DNA from: a virus
Lineage: Duplodnaviria > Caudoviricetes
Length of the DNA: 64,000 nucleotides
Reading direction: 5' to 3' (one strand)
Virus record (IMG/VR): IMGVR_UViG_3300021399_000098
Part shown: piece by piece, positions 57,501-64,000 of the stretch
Layout of the letters: each line of letters begins with the position of its first letter
Numbering within the stretch: the stretch's first letter is position 1
Program-made: the position numbers and the translations under genes
The notes under the pieces: generated by a model
What the model was told of the DNA's origin: nothing
Seen by the model: the letters and a program-made list of their open reading frames with translations, nothing else
The model's database searches: none

Positions 57501-58598
57501 GTGTCTTGAAAAACCTTCCTCATTGGTTTCGTTTTTGCTAAACCTAAATCTAACTTGAGTCCTAGTAGGAATACCCTTTGTGGGATTGTCTGTAGGAACA
57601 ATGTTACCATATTCATCAGTGCCTATATAATCTAGGTTCATCGGAATTTGATAGCACCATACGCCATTTTCATCAATAAGCTGATTACCTTGAATCTGAT
57701 ACTCTTCAACCAATCCGTCAGTGGTCTTACGAATCATTTCAATAGTTCCATTTCCACCTATCAACTGGTCATTCATACCATTATCCACATCAGGGGCGCA
57801 TTTATGTCCGATTGAATGTCCGTCATTGTCTGACACGATAGAACCCATGAATACACATGTAGGCTCAAACTTATATTGTATTTGGATGTCACTACGAGTT
57901 ATTGCGGCAACTCCATTATCGGAATCGCCCCAGAAAGGATAAACGAATACACTCTTGTTCTGTGAGAATATCTGAGCTAGGCTATCCAAGTTGGTGCTTT
58001 CCTTGAATTGGTTAGGTGTATCAAACATCGTGATATTATAGCCTTTATACTCAAAATCACGAGGTTTCTGTGATAAAATACCTATGTCTGACAAATCGAT
58101 GTCAACATGGACTTGAACACTGCCAGTTGGTACACCAAAAATCATATAGTCACCTGCTTGGTTGGTTACGGTTGTGTATTTCCAATATTTGTCAAACACA
58201 TCTAGATAGATGTCATTATCTAGAACTAACCTTTTGTTTGGGAACGTTCCAACAACCTTATAGCAGTCATCATCGCTCTCATCAGGAAGCAAGTTATACC
58301 TTCTTCCCAACTTATCCTTAGTCGTTATTTCAGTATATGGGTATATTGATTCAATGTCACTAGAGTCGTTTGTATCCCTTTCAATAAACACAGACACCTT
58401 TGCGTTAGGAATACCAAATGCATCATTAGCAAGAACCCTTCCAATTATAACACCATAATTAGAAGAGTGAAGCCTATAAGCATCTTTCTGTCTAAGTTTC
58501 AACGACAAGACCTCTAGAAAATCAAAGTCTTGCTGCATGTTTACGTTAAGGACAGTATCACTAGCTATGTTTGTATGTACTCTAAAATTCTTATTCAT
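51549..58598 (-). CDS. Giant putative virion protein (2349 aa) with an internal hydrophobic segment and Cys-rich region
   Basis: N-terminal GRVLAN..GIPNAKVSVF and TNQAGDYMIFGVP (carboxypeptidase-regulatory/prealbumin-like fold); TM-like FTFMILCILFKIVMIIIAFINSLVCLI. Confidence 0.75.
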   Translation of the reverse strand: MNKNFRVHTNIASDTVLNVNMQQDFDFLEVLSLKLRQKDAYRLHSSNYGVIIGRVLANDAFGIPNAKVSVFIERDTNDSSDIESIYPYTEITTKDKLGRRYNLLPDESDDDCYKVVGTFPNKRLVLDNDIYLDVFDKYWKYTTVTNQAGDYMIFGVPTGSVQVHVDIDLSDIGILSQKPRDFEYKGYNITMFDTPNQFKESTNLDSLAQIFSQNKSVFVYPFWGDSDNGVAAITRSDIQIQYKFEPTCVFMGSIVSDNDGHSIGHKCAPDVDNGMNDQLIGGNGTIEMIRKTTDGLVEEYQIQGNQLIDENGVWCYQIPMNLDYIGTDEYGNIVPTDNPTKGIPTRTQVRFRFSKNETNEEGFSRHTAKYLVPMNPIFSEKEVIPTIDIKGSELEKMYLFGSATPESCFRDLYWNNVYSVKNYIPKTQVAHRAYAKNYSSLKGANLAEDQNAVPFNKLRVDIPFTFMILCILFKIVMIIIAFINSLVCLIDSIINIFYRIKKFSFKVFKWRVRPFGWLPVPDFIGCIPLSAGLSEGNVAYYPGCWCKSTGLKYADCPDDMEGDCKRVNDNSTLTDIIQRNLALDFKIIKLDFYQDWLNGCLYMPLWYWRKRKKKTFLFGLFSSRAKNEYCSCGKTYSRLKTYVTCNIEYEDNSLTATNSSMPDSENRWHKNKTGQVRYKRGLIKAVENKDGLTAYYYVATQAVDDSTNKNPDLEMEMVNPNFHAVRLYATDIILLGNLDPNNIYGIPQFFTCLPSTTANIPAIATIEETINPEEEEKKSSKDIGGDSEDSGTTITTGMDWGHNGNKQTPKYKTGLFMDLSCTYAATRPKSCINVERLSEYGVNLDMTYNMAYHSGGNDVKYGQFDSDGFINKLELDDTENRAMFATLNHIGFIPQSYQDSLTSGCTTQIPDENTSYLIPKFKYIYPVDFDGRLKVPMDLYRNSFQQALYDEADQAYLTFRLGAESGRSMTDNSELRIRHFYHDNGNYDMPLYNNSFYFYFGIKKGSTAIDKFNQMFYAVCYKQDKKPFTLDLDKRGRSYCPSIYKDTDGYGYIKVTLDDIRAPYTYKLYDSFGDIIIEETDMTYSQFVIGGTINASGDVISNPYVKYQIPVDKKEEGKQYDEVENPDTHEMSYYEIVDFPYGKDTSGRTSGLTNQEYILEVIDNNGKMLSEKIKLDVPKIVGEYESVRLGTKFYDINTTRIDYICHDDNKFYGIIKLKDIIVDGHKCEIARLSGGLPIENINYANGKYTLDVYCISEDFNTEVKVSLTLNVYKQDSGETTTNKCMCDNANGVPNNENMFISGTTKPYWIAYKESEKVIEFYVYQPNRFLLTLTEYCNGSLVVENTSSEIVNIQNGENFTATLNNMPVKFMLGTLNDSSAATIANNNSKLYKSTPFDAANDMNSYGWYGLHQESSYKFDTTIEKNQEIWEDAISTITDSVTTPEIRRNILKFKFNSMFNLCEGAYVTKDSSLTFTYRANGGVSPLLYRSAAPMYDDSTKIKNKYLLTDSWQTDGNEYAPNIITSNYKKRISDGEYDFQADAGPRYNNVVYEADTSHLLGNYFAAFTHNGSYISNTQIDGININITRVPSFASVSPMNGVKRLGQDKEGKITDFSWVYSAQTQQLDNDKLRRTLPYVRALYVDRRFDYDLIVLAPSVNNNNISLHIDKGKDRIWRGGRLSGTTYNGIEMAYDENYNIISGDPHFDEALGKYTYANSNNRLEYSYKYDSDTGSNATTIYNYETNPTKTVWNSENSVKYLGNSFGYNAGIDVTSRTITKQFYTSELYDFDIRHLYWSDFNQNRLTTYCTNGGGGQQISGSGENAIKNLNNPFYVYKYPSEIPSLYNKDFNRENAYITPNSTGYPSRRYLDIGNLPQTPTFSYLTQCCSYGIKASNEDDGTIIAEANGGESTEISIEFGKAITFIPPNADTKKYANVSYNMGTLNGGFIHFSASTASVNFKFESFSNDYFDVYTKVPKLIKVLPYIKPSNDNGIDGIGYIKTANPRTEFGKWGDGKSLDAAIEDVELLTFDRPTWTIFSILDSDLDQTVVLPEGVKIVDNYENKEKGFYGADKLLGKFFKEDDELGEYILSDDDVFTNIVFQKENLNIRETKAFTILVDREYVYQDSDNLKRHIRSIETTDIYDCRDLFLGTLIAFPENGELASYVTATSAATEVYPPEVITGVTSDSEDIPTGDPSDPSSTEVVTGITPSSGETSGNTKICTQVITFQFKFDTNSGTSIQDRQCEAFADYKMMSYTFKFKIKYDYYELVPFDITQYIQGDDTYIRYSIRWTEDMGIFADYGGSIDCEIYAKTKSNFSYRIINFKINYVSQDHLPKDTMATDGTKYKTEISISL

Positions 58599-58601
58599 GA
58601 A

Positions 58602-58838
58602 TTATTCAAGAAATTTTTGTAACTGTTTAGGTAGAACTATCGTTCTGTTTTTCGAAAAAAACAATTTGTATATCACCACGCAAATCAATATTGGAGTGAC
58701 AACTATTGCCATTAAAACTGAAATGACGAATATGATGGTTTTCATTAACCACCTGAACACTTTTCCGAAGAAAGACTCACCTTCCCTAGTTCCTAATTTG
58801 TCTTCAATTTCAGTAGCCCTTTTGCAATTACATGCCAT
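58602..58838 (-). CDS. Small membrane protein with N-terminal CxC
   Basis: MACNCK... followed by a long hydrophobic stretch. Confidence 0.7.
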   Translation of the reverse strand: MACNCKRATEIEDKLGTREGESFFGKVFRWLMKTIIFVISVLMAIVVTPILICVVIYKLFFSKNRTIVLPKQLQKFLE

Positions 58839-58855
58839 AACACTATATTATATAT

Positions 58856-60868
58856 TTAAATTATTTTACACTTTACTTGAATGTCGATTTTTGGGTTTTT
58901 AATTTCATACATCGAATTATAATCACCGTACAAAACCTTGTCCACAGCCATTAAGTCTATTTGCTCAGAATTAGCCATGTCAGGTGTATTGAAATCATCA
59001 GTATATCTTTCGCAAACTCCTTCAACATATGTTGGTAATGGACATTTATCTGGTGAATAAGCACCATTCCAAATCTTGTATACCCTCAAATCAATTAAAC
59101 TCGTAACACCATCAGTTAATGTGATTTCTTTCTCCAAATCGCCAATGAAAATATCATCACCCATTTGGTGAGTATTTACGTCAAAATACTTTACAATCGT
59201 CTCTATCACGTCTGTAATGACGTTGCTAGGGTTATAACTCTTATTGATGAATAAATCAACTCCTAGACCAATATTGTAAATTCTACCACTCCTAATTTCT
59301 ATGTAGTCGTTTATCTGCTTGTAGTTCGACATATATTCTATCACGTTTTCTACAAGTGTCTGCGGAAGAGAAGAATCCAACTGGCCAATTGCGTTAATAC
59401 CCAAGAAATCCATTTCAATCTTGTTGTTGGACTCAATTACGCAGTTTCTAAACGGTGCTCCAAACCTAGGAGGCATTTGCATAAGCTTGGTTGCATAGTC
59501 CTTTACAGTTACAGCACGATTTTGTGCGCCAAAATTATACTTCATCAATTGCTTTATTTCGTCTGTAGAAGGGGCATCTTTACCTGCTAATGCAGTAGAT
59601 AAGTTAGCCACTGACAGTGATGTGATTACCTTACCCCTAAGAGTACCATCGGTACTACCAGTGTTTCCACCCCAATCAACATTTGCAATGGTGAAACGGT
59701 TTATAGAACCAGGACCTAAGTTCGATGACATACCGCCACCTATTCTATATAGGACAAACATAGTCCAACCTTCTTTAGGTAGTACACCCAACATATTGTT
59801 GTTTATTAAATTGGATGCCATGTAATCACCGTATACTGTCTGTCCGCTTGGAACTGCTTCATAGGTATTACCTGCACCAAATATAATCTTCATGTAGCCA
59901 TTGTCAGTATATTCAGTTATAAATTTCTGTCTTAATGGCTTCCATTTTCCACGATAGTACCTACTTGTCCTTGCTGTGATGGTTTCACCGCTTCCGTCTT
60001 TCCTTATAACTTCAGTATAATCATTGTAAAGGTGCGGATTGTACATGTTAACCACATAGTTTTCGCCTATATTAGCCTCAGAACCAAACCTATACATATC
60101 AGCTAGAGAATCACACTCAAAGAACCTATATGTCATAACAGCCTCATTGGAAATCCTATACTCTTCGGCATCAATGTAATACTCATATATGTTAGGGGCT
60201 GCGGAATAGTTGCTAGTTTCCTTGAATATGATTGATTCAATATTTTCAACATTAGACTCTGGTAAAACAACCTCCATGAATGGTTTCAAATCACTATTGT
60301 ATATAACCTTTTTATATATCTTGGTGACACCATTTATGACAACTGAAGACTTATATACATTATAACCTGTAATGTTTCCATTTCCATCCCTTGACGGTGT
60401 AATCTTTCTGTTGGAAAAACCATTTGAATTGAACTGTTCTGCAAAATTCACATCTTCAGTCAATTGATAGTTGTAGTCTCCTGCGGAAACGATACTAGTT
60501 CTCTGAACAATCGGAGCATAATTCCAATCAGGTTGGTTTATATTCGTACTGTCAGTAGGCAAAACACAGCCTATTTCAACCTCACAAATTGAAGACTTCA
60601 TTCCAGGAATCTTCAAACCATTGGCTCTAGCTTGGTTCAGCACACTGCTCTTTAGGTTAGCACTGTCAATATTTGTCTCTTGATACATCCTATCCGTGTG
60701 GTATGACAAGTCATCACCAACTGCGGCTACAAGGTCAATAAACCATGCGCCAACGCTAGAATCACTAAAATTATCAGAAAGTTCAGGATAATATTGGTTT
60801 GAAAACTTTATCAACTCGTCTTTAATATCCTCAAAACTCCTACTTAAGTAATTAATTTTCTTTTCCAT
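58856..60868 (-). CDS. Baseplate wedge subunit (T4 gp6/baseplate J-like)
   Basis: INYLSRSFEDIK..LI, DDLSYHTD, SANLKSSV...A, IIFGAG, AQNRAVTVKDY. Confidence 0.88.
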   Translation of the reverse strand: MEKKINYLSRSFEDIKDELIKFSNQYYPELSDNFSDSSVGAWFIDLVAAVGDDLSYHTDRMYQETNIDSANLKSSVLNQARANGLKIPGMKSSICEVEIGCVLPTDSTNINQPDWNYAPIVQRTSIVSAGDYNYQLTEDVNFAEQFNSNGFSNRKITPSRDGNGNITGYNVYKSSVVINGVTKIYKKVIYNSDLKPFMEVVLPESNVENIESIIFKETSNYSAAPNIYEYYIDAEEYRISNEAVMTYRFFECDSLADMYRFGSEANIGENYVVNMYNPHLYNDYTEVIRKDGSGETITARTSRYYRGKWKPLRQKFITEYTDNGYMKIIFGAGNTYEAVPSGQTVYGDYMASNLINNNMLGVLPKEGWTMFVLYRIGGGMSSNLGPGSINRFTIANVDWGGNTGSTDGTLRGKVITSLSVANLSTALAGKDAPSTDEIKQLMKYNFGAQNRAVTVKDYATKLMQMPPRFGAPFRNCVIESNNKIEMDFLGINAIGQLDSSLPQTLVENVIEYMSNYKQINDYIEIRSGRIYNIGLGVDLFINKSYNPSNVITDVIETIVKYFDVNTHQMGDDIFIGDLEKEITLTDGVTSLIDLRVYKIWNGAYSPDKCPLPTYVEGVCERYTDDFNTPDMANSEQIDLMAVDKVLYGDYNSMYEIKNPKIDIQVKCKII

Positions 60869-61257
60869 TACACTTGTACGACTACGCTATCATTTGTTAT
60901 TTTGTTACCCTCAGAAACACTATAGTCTAACTTTACAAATATTTCTGATTCGTCTTCTTCGTTTTTTACAACTTGAATGTCATTTATTATTATGTTGTCA
61001 GTCCACCTTCTGACAGACTCACTCACTTCGTTCTTCACGGATTCCCACGTAATATTATCGTTTGGCTCAAAAATGAACTTAATCAAATCTGTTCCAAACT
61101 CAGGATTCCTTATTCTCTGTCCTTTAGGAGTAAATATGATATGCATAAGCTGGCTTCTAGTTTTTTCCTTTAAATTGCTATTTGCATCCACATAGAAATT
61201 CTGAAACCCCTCAGACGTAAATGGGTATTTAATGCCGAAATATTGTTTCTTTGCCAT
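60868..61257 (-). CDS. Baseplate wedge subunit/sheath initiator (gp25/GPW-like)
   Basis: GIKYPF...TPKGQRIRNPEFGTDL..FIFEP. Confidence 0.9.
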   Translation of the reverse strand: MAKKQYFGIKYPFTSEGFQNFYVDANSNLKEKTRSQLMHIIFTPKGQRIRNPEFGTDLIKFIFEPNDNITWESVKNEVSESVRRWTDNIIINDIQVVKNEEDESEIFVKLDYSVSEGNKITNDSVVVQV

Positions 61258-61316
61258 TAGTTAAAATTATTTCTTATAAGTATTTAAAAAATAATAATTT
61301 TAACGATAATATAAAC

Positions 61317-61347
61317 AAAAAAAGCGAGAGCATTAAGCCCTCGCTTC
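61317..61347 (-). terminator. Intrinsic terminator
   Basis: On the minus strand, AAGCGAGGGC-loop-GCTCTCGCTT followed by a T-run. Confidence 0.65.
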
Positions 61348-61369
61348 AAATAATCTAATTACCACCTAT

Positions 61370-61702
61370 TTACTTGCAAATCTTTGAATGTATGAATTCA
61401 ACCAATTTATCTGGTGCTTCATTAATAAAGATGTTACACCAAGTACCATAAGCGTTTTTCATGTTAATTCGCACCTTATCTTCATCGGTTACAGAATCAA
61501 ATGAAGGTGTGTCACTAGTTAATGATACACATTCGACATCAACTATATCCACTTCATTCTTAAAGGAATACTCATCATTGATGTTTATTCTCTTCGTGTA
61601 CACTTTATCCTCCATAGGATTTACGCCAAGTATATCTGCTTTTGACGATTCTACGCCATCACTTATAATGGCATCTAAAATTTCTTTCTTGATGTTGCTC
61701 AT
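61370..61702 (-). CDS. Hypothetical protein
   Basis: 110 aa, with its own promoter and terminator. Confidence 0.7.
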   Translation of the reverse strand: MSNIKKEILDAIISDGVESSKADILGVNPMEDKVYTKRININDEYSFKNEVDIVDVECVSLTSDTPSFDSVTDEDKVRINMKNAYGTWCNIFINEAPDKLVEFIHSKICK

Positions 61703-61725
61703 TTTGCTTCTTGTTTAATTCCTTG

Positions 61726-61756
61726 CAAATATACGAATAAAAAATGGGATAACAAA
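61726..61756 (-). promoter_or_regulatory. Bacteroidota-type promoter
   Basis: TTTG-N19-TATATTTG. Confidence 0.65.
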
Positions 61757-61781
61757 ATGTTACCCCAAATTTTAACATCTT

Positions 61782-62243
61782 TTATTTCTTTTTCCAAAAC
61801 AAAAAAGTATTGTCTTCCATTTCGTCATCTTTTATAACGTAAAACCTCTGATTTGTGGTTTCCTTATCCAAACCGCCCAAGTCTTCTTTATACTCTCCAA
61901 GTTTAATAAAATCAAAGTTCTTTAAAGAAATGTCCTTAGATAACTCGTTTCTACCACTGTACCACCCCACTTTTAACTTTTTAAAACGCTTTAAATAAAA
62001 TGCATATATATTGATAAAATTGGGTTCTCTGTCACCACCCATAAAACAAACACACGTTATACCACTGTTTTTCTCAAGCAAACTGTTAAGTTCCTTTGCC
62101 GTTAATTCTGTTCCTTTATCTTCCCATAAAAACTGTGAATGACATCCCTTACAATGGCAAGGGCAATTTGTAATGTTAATCGCTAAAGTAATCTCATTTG
62201 GTATCTCTTCAAATACCACCATTGCATTATAGTATTTAATCAT
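61782..62243 (-). CDS. nrdG: Anaerobic ribonucleotide reductase activating enzyme (radical SAM)
   Basis: CPCHCKGCHS (CxxxCxxC), FMGGD, KLGEY...TNQRFY; next to nrdD. Confidence 0.92.
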   Translation of the reverse strand: MIKYYNAMVVFEEIPNEITLAINITNCPCHCKGCHSQFLWEDKGTELTAKELNSLLEKNSGITCVCFMGGDREPNFINIYAFYLKRFKKLKVGWYSGRNELSKDISLKNFDFIKLGEYKEDLGGLDKETTNQRFYVIKDDEMEDNTFLFWKKK

Positions 62244-62454
62244 CTTTTAAATATTTTACATAAAGCCCACATTCGCATTTATTTTTCATCGTGTAGTCAG
62301 TGCAAGGGCAATGCAAATCTTTGCCCTCATAGTCCTCAGAATTGTGCACACAAGGGCATAAGCCATCGTTATTCTCACACCTCTTGAGTATTGCATTGAC
62401 AACTTTGTCATTTGGGTTTAAAGTCCACCCATCTTTGCGCAATATTGAAATCAT
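62236..62454 (-). CDS. Ferredoxin:thioredoxin reductase catalytic-subunit-like protein
   Basis: W.LNP...G.CPC-x13-CPC-x8-CECGLY matches the FTR-c CPC...CPC...CxC pattern. Confidence 0.8.
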   Translation of the reverse strand: MISILRKDGWTLNPNDKVVNAILKRCENNDGLCPCVHNSEDYEGKDLHCPCTDYTMKNKCECGLYVKYLKDD

Positions 62455-62491
62455 GCCCCTAAATCTTTTAGTTTCATTATGTAATTAAAAA

Positions 62492-64000
62492 TTATACTCT
62501 ATTGTAATTTCTCATACCTTCCTCAACTTGTCTAGCTTCATTGAACGAACTGACACGTTTCAAGTATCCGATGATTCTAGTTAAGTAGTCCACATTGTGA
62601 CTTCCGCACTTAGGACACACCTCTAAGGTATCTTTGCTGATATACCCACAATCATTGCAAACTGTGTTCTTACAGTTGAACGTGAAATAACTGCATCCAT
62701 ACTCTGAAGCCACTCTTAACAATTGTCTATACTGGTCAAATGAAAGATGTTCATTGATGTTCAAATGGGCTGCTTGACCTCCATCTAGATACTTAACGAA
62801 ACTCTCTCCGTGCAACTTCATCTTATCTAGTATTGATAGTTCGGTATCCTCTGGATTAAAGAAATAGCTACTATACATCACATGCTTTGGAGAAACATAA
62901 TATCCGTCTTTCTTATCCCAATTATAGTTCTTGTTTGAAAGGTTCTCACCAGGAACAAACTCGGTGTTATACATGCAGTCTCTAGTCTTGTCCTTTCTGT
63001 TTGAAATGTTGATGGTTTCAAGGACATTGTTCACAAACTCCTCATAATCAGCATTTAGATTAGGCTCTATGCCAAGGAATTCTGCTGCATCTGTCAAACC
63101 ATTTACACCAACTGTAAGGTATTGCTTACGCATGTTAATGAATCCAGCTCTATACACATCTAGCATATTGGCATTTAGGAAATCCTTTATAATCTCATTA
63201 AATGCTCTTTGATACTTGTGTACCCTTTCAGTCATTTCGGTGATGCCGTTTGAAATATACTCATACAGCACCTTTTTGTCACTAACTTTATTGATGTCAA
63301 CCTTTGCACCGTTCTCTAGTTTAATACCTTCTATCTCTTCAAAATACTGTCTTGTAGCGTTCTGTATAACACGGTTAAGATTGATGGTCATAACTGACTT
63401 TGAACCAGTTGCTACGGACGCAGTACCCATAGAGAATTGGTGTGTGGTGTGGTTATGCTCATCATCCTCACCATCCTTAAGAGAGTTTCTAAGTCTGCAA
63501 CATGAACTTAATGAATCTGGTGAGTCACTTAAATAGCAGAAGAACGAATGTCCTTCAGCCCACATTTCAGCAGTGAAATCAGCATATTCCTTGTCAACTA
63601 TATCATGGCCATCTGTAAGCATTGCCATTGTCTCTACTGGGAACGTCAACACATATTTGTTTCTTTCCTCATTGAACCACTTCATAAACTTCTTTTGAAG
63701 CCAAGACAGTGTTTCCCACTTTGGTGCTGTTCCGTCTGGGAATCTGAATTCCCCAAATACTCCATCAAAATAGTTCTTGTCGAAATATCCGACATTCCAA
63801 AATACAGTTTGATAACCACGATTACCTGCTGGCATATTCATTGAATGAACTACTTGTTGGAATGCATTTTCAATGACTTGTTCAAGTGTTCTACCCTTTC
63901 TGTTTAGTTCAACAACCTTATCTAATATTGTTAGATAATCATCACCATAGTCTTTTCTGATGAAATAATCCATATACATTAGGAATTCAGGCGTAGCCAC
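62492..64000 (-). CDS. nrdD: Anaerobic (class III) ribonucleoside-triphosphate reductase, 5' end outside the window
   Basis: TFPV, finger loop SSCCRL, GSKSVMTINL, DGG, zinc site CNDC...CPKC, glycyl-radical motif RIIGYL. Confidence 0.95.
   Translation of the reverse strand: MATPEFLMYMDYFIRKDYGDDYLTILDKVVELNRKGRTLEQVIENAFQQVVHSMNMPAGNRGYQTVFWNVGYFDKNYFDGVFGEFRFPDGTAPKWETLSWLQKKFMKWFNEERNKYVLTFPVETMAMLTDGHDIVDKEYADFTAEMWAEGHSFFCYLSDSPDSLSSCCRLRNSLKDGEDDEHNHTTHQFSMGTASVATGSKSVMTINLNRVIQNATRQYFEEIEGIKLENGAKVDINKVSDKKVLYEYISNGITEMTERVHKYQRAFNEIIKDFLNANMLDVYRAGFINMRKQYLTVGVNGLTDAAEFLGIEPNLNADYEEFVNNVLETINISNRKDKTRDCMYNTEFVPGENLSNKNYNWDKKDGYYVSPKHVMYSSYFFNPEDTELSILDKMKLHGESFVKYLDGGQAAHLNINEHLSFDQYRQLLRVASEYGCSYFTFNCKNTVCNDCGYISKDTLEVCPKCGSHNVDYLTRIIGYLKRVSSFNEARQVEEGMRNYNRV

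Noticed and set aside
1-64000. TAG-to-Gln recoding as in Lak megaphages or some crAss-like phages, prompted by the two Gln tRNAs and the Bacteroidota host
   Set aside because: Multi-kb ORFs are intact in the standard code. TAG is rare but acts as a real stop at 17971, where readthrough would run ~90 nt into the next gene, and probably at 22831. Both Gln tRNAs read UUG, not CUA.
36396-64000. Many 60-140-aa plus-strand ORFs, and possible inteins or introns in nrdD and the giant genes
   Set aside because: The ORFs are hydrophobic antisense shadows of long minus-strand genes. No intein motifs (C...HN-C/S/T with LAGLIDADG) or frame breaks were seen.

Overview
This is a 64-kb slice of a large, AT-rich (about one-third GC by eye), gene-dense tailed-phage genome, most likely a contractile-tailed jumbo phage. 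Nine promoters match the Bacteroidota TTTG-N19/20-TAnnTTTG consensus, which points to a Bacteroidota host such as an anaerobic gut or rumen Prevotella/Bacteroides; this is inference. The standard genetic code fits. From left to right the window holds: a truncated >1450-aa Cys-rich repeat protein missing from the ORF track; a tail fibre with an S74 chaperone domain; a GIY-YIG/T5orf172 protein; a BspA-type LRR protein; a five-tRNA operon; NDT-like, ClpP, Mom-like and vWA genes; a putative holin region; a cluster of small proteins sharing an 'LTESDLH..V.E' motif; sigma70, SbcC, RuvC-like, two DUF616 glycosyltransferase, primase, amidase and SbcD genes; about 25 kb of giant baseplate/tail genes ending in gp6-like and gp25-like genes; and nrdG, an FTR-like gene and nrdD. 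The tRNA operon is the most unusual part. It has a 517-nt group I intron at position 33/34 of tRNA-Leu(UAA), a rare A34 tRNA-Leu(AAG), a tRNA-Gln with a compensated A19-U56 elbow, and an unexplained structured RNA at its head. Other highlights are a ferredoxin:thioredoxin-reductase-like gene inside a CC-type class III RNR operon, a two-class promoter code, and a candidate capsid-targeting/cleavage motif family. All product calls come from recognising motifs by eye; no searches were run.
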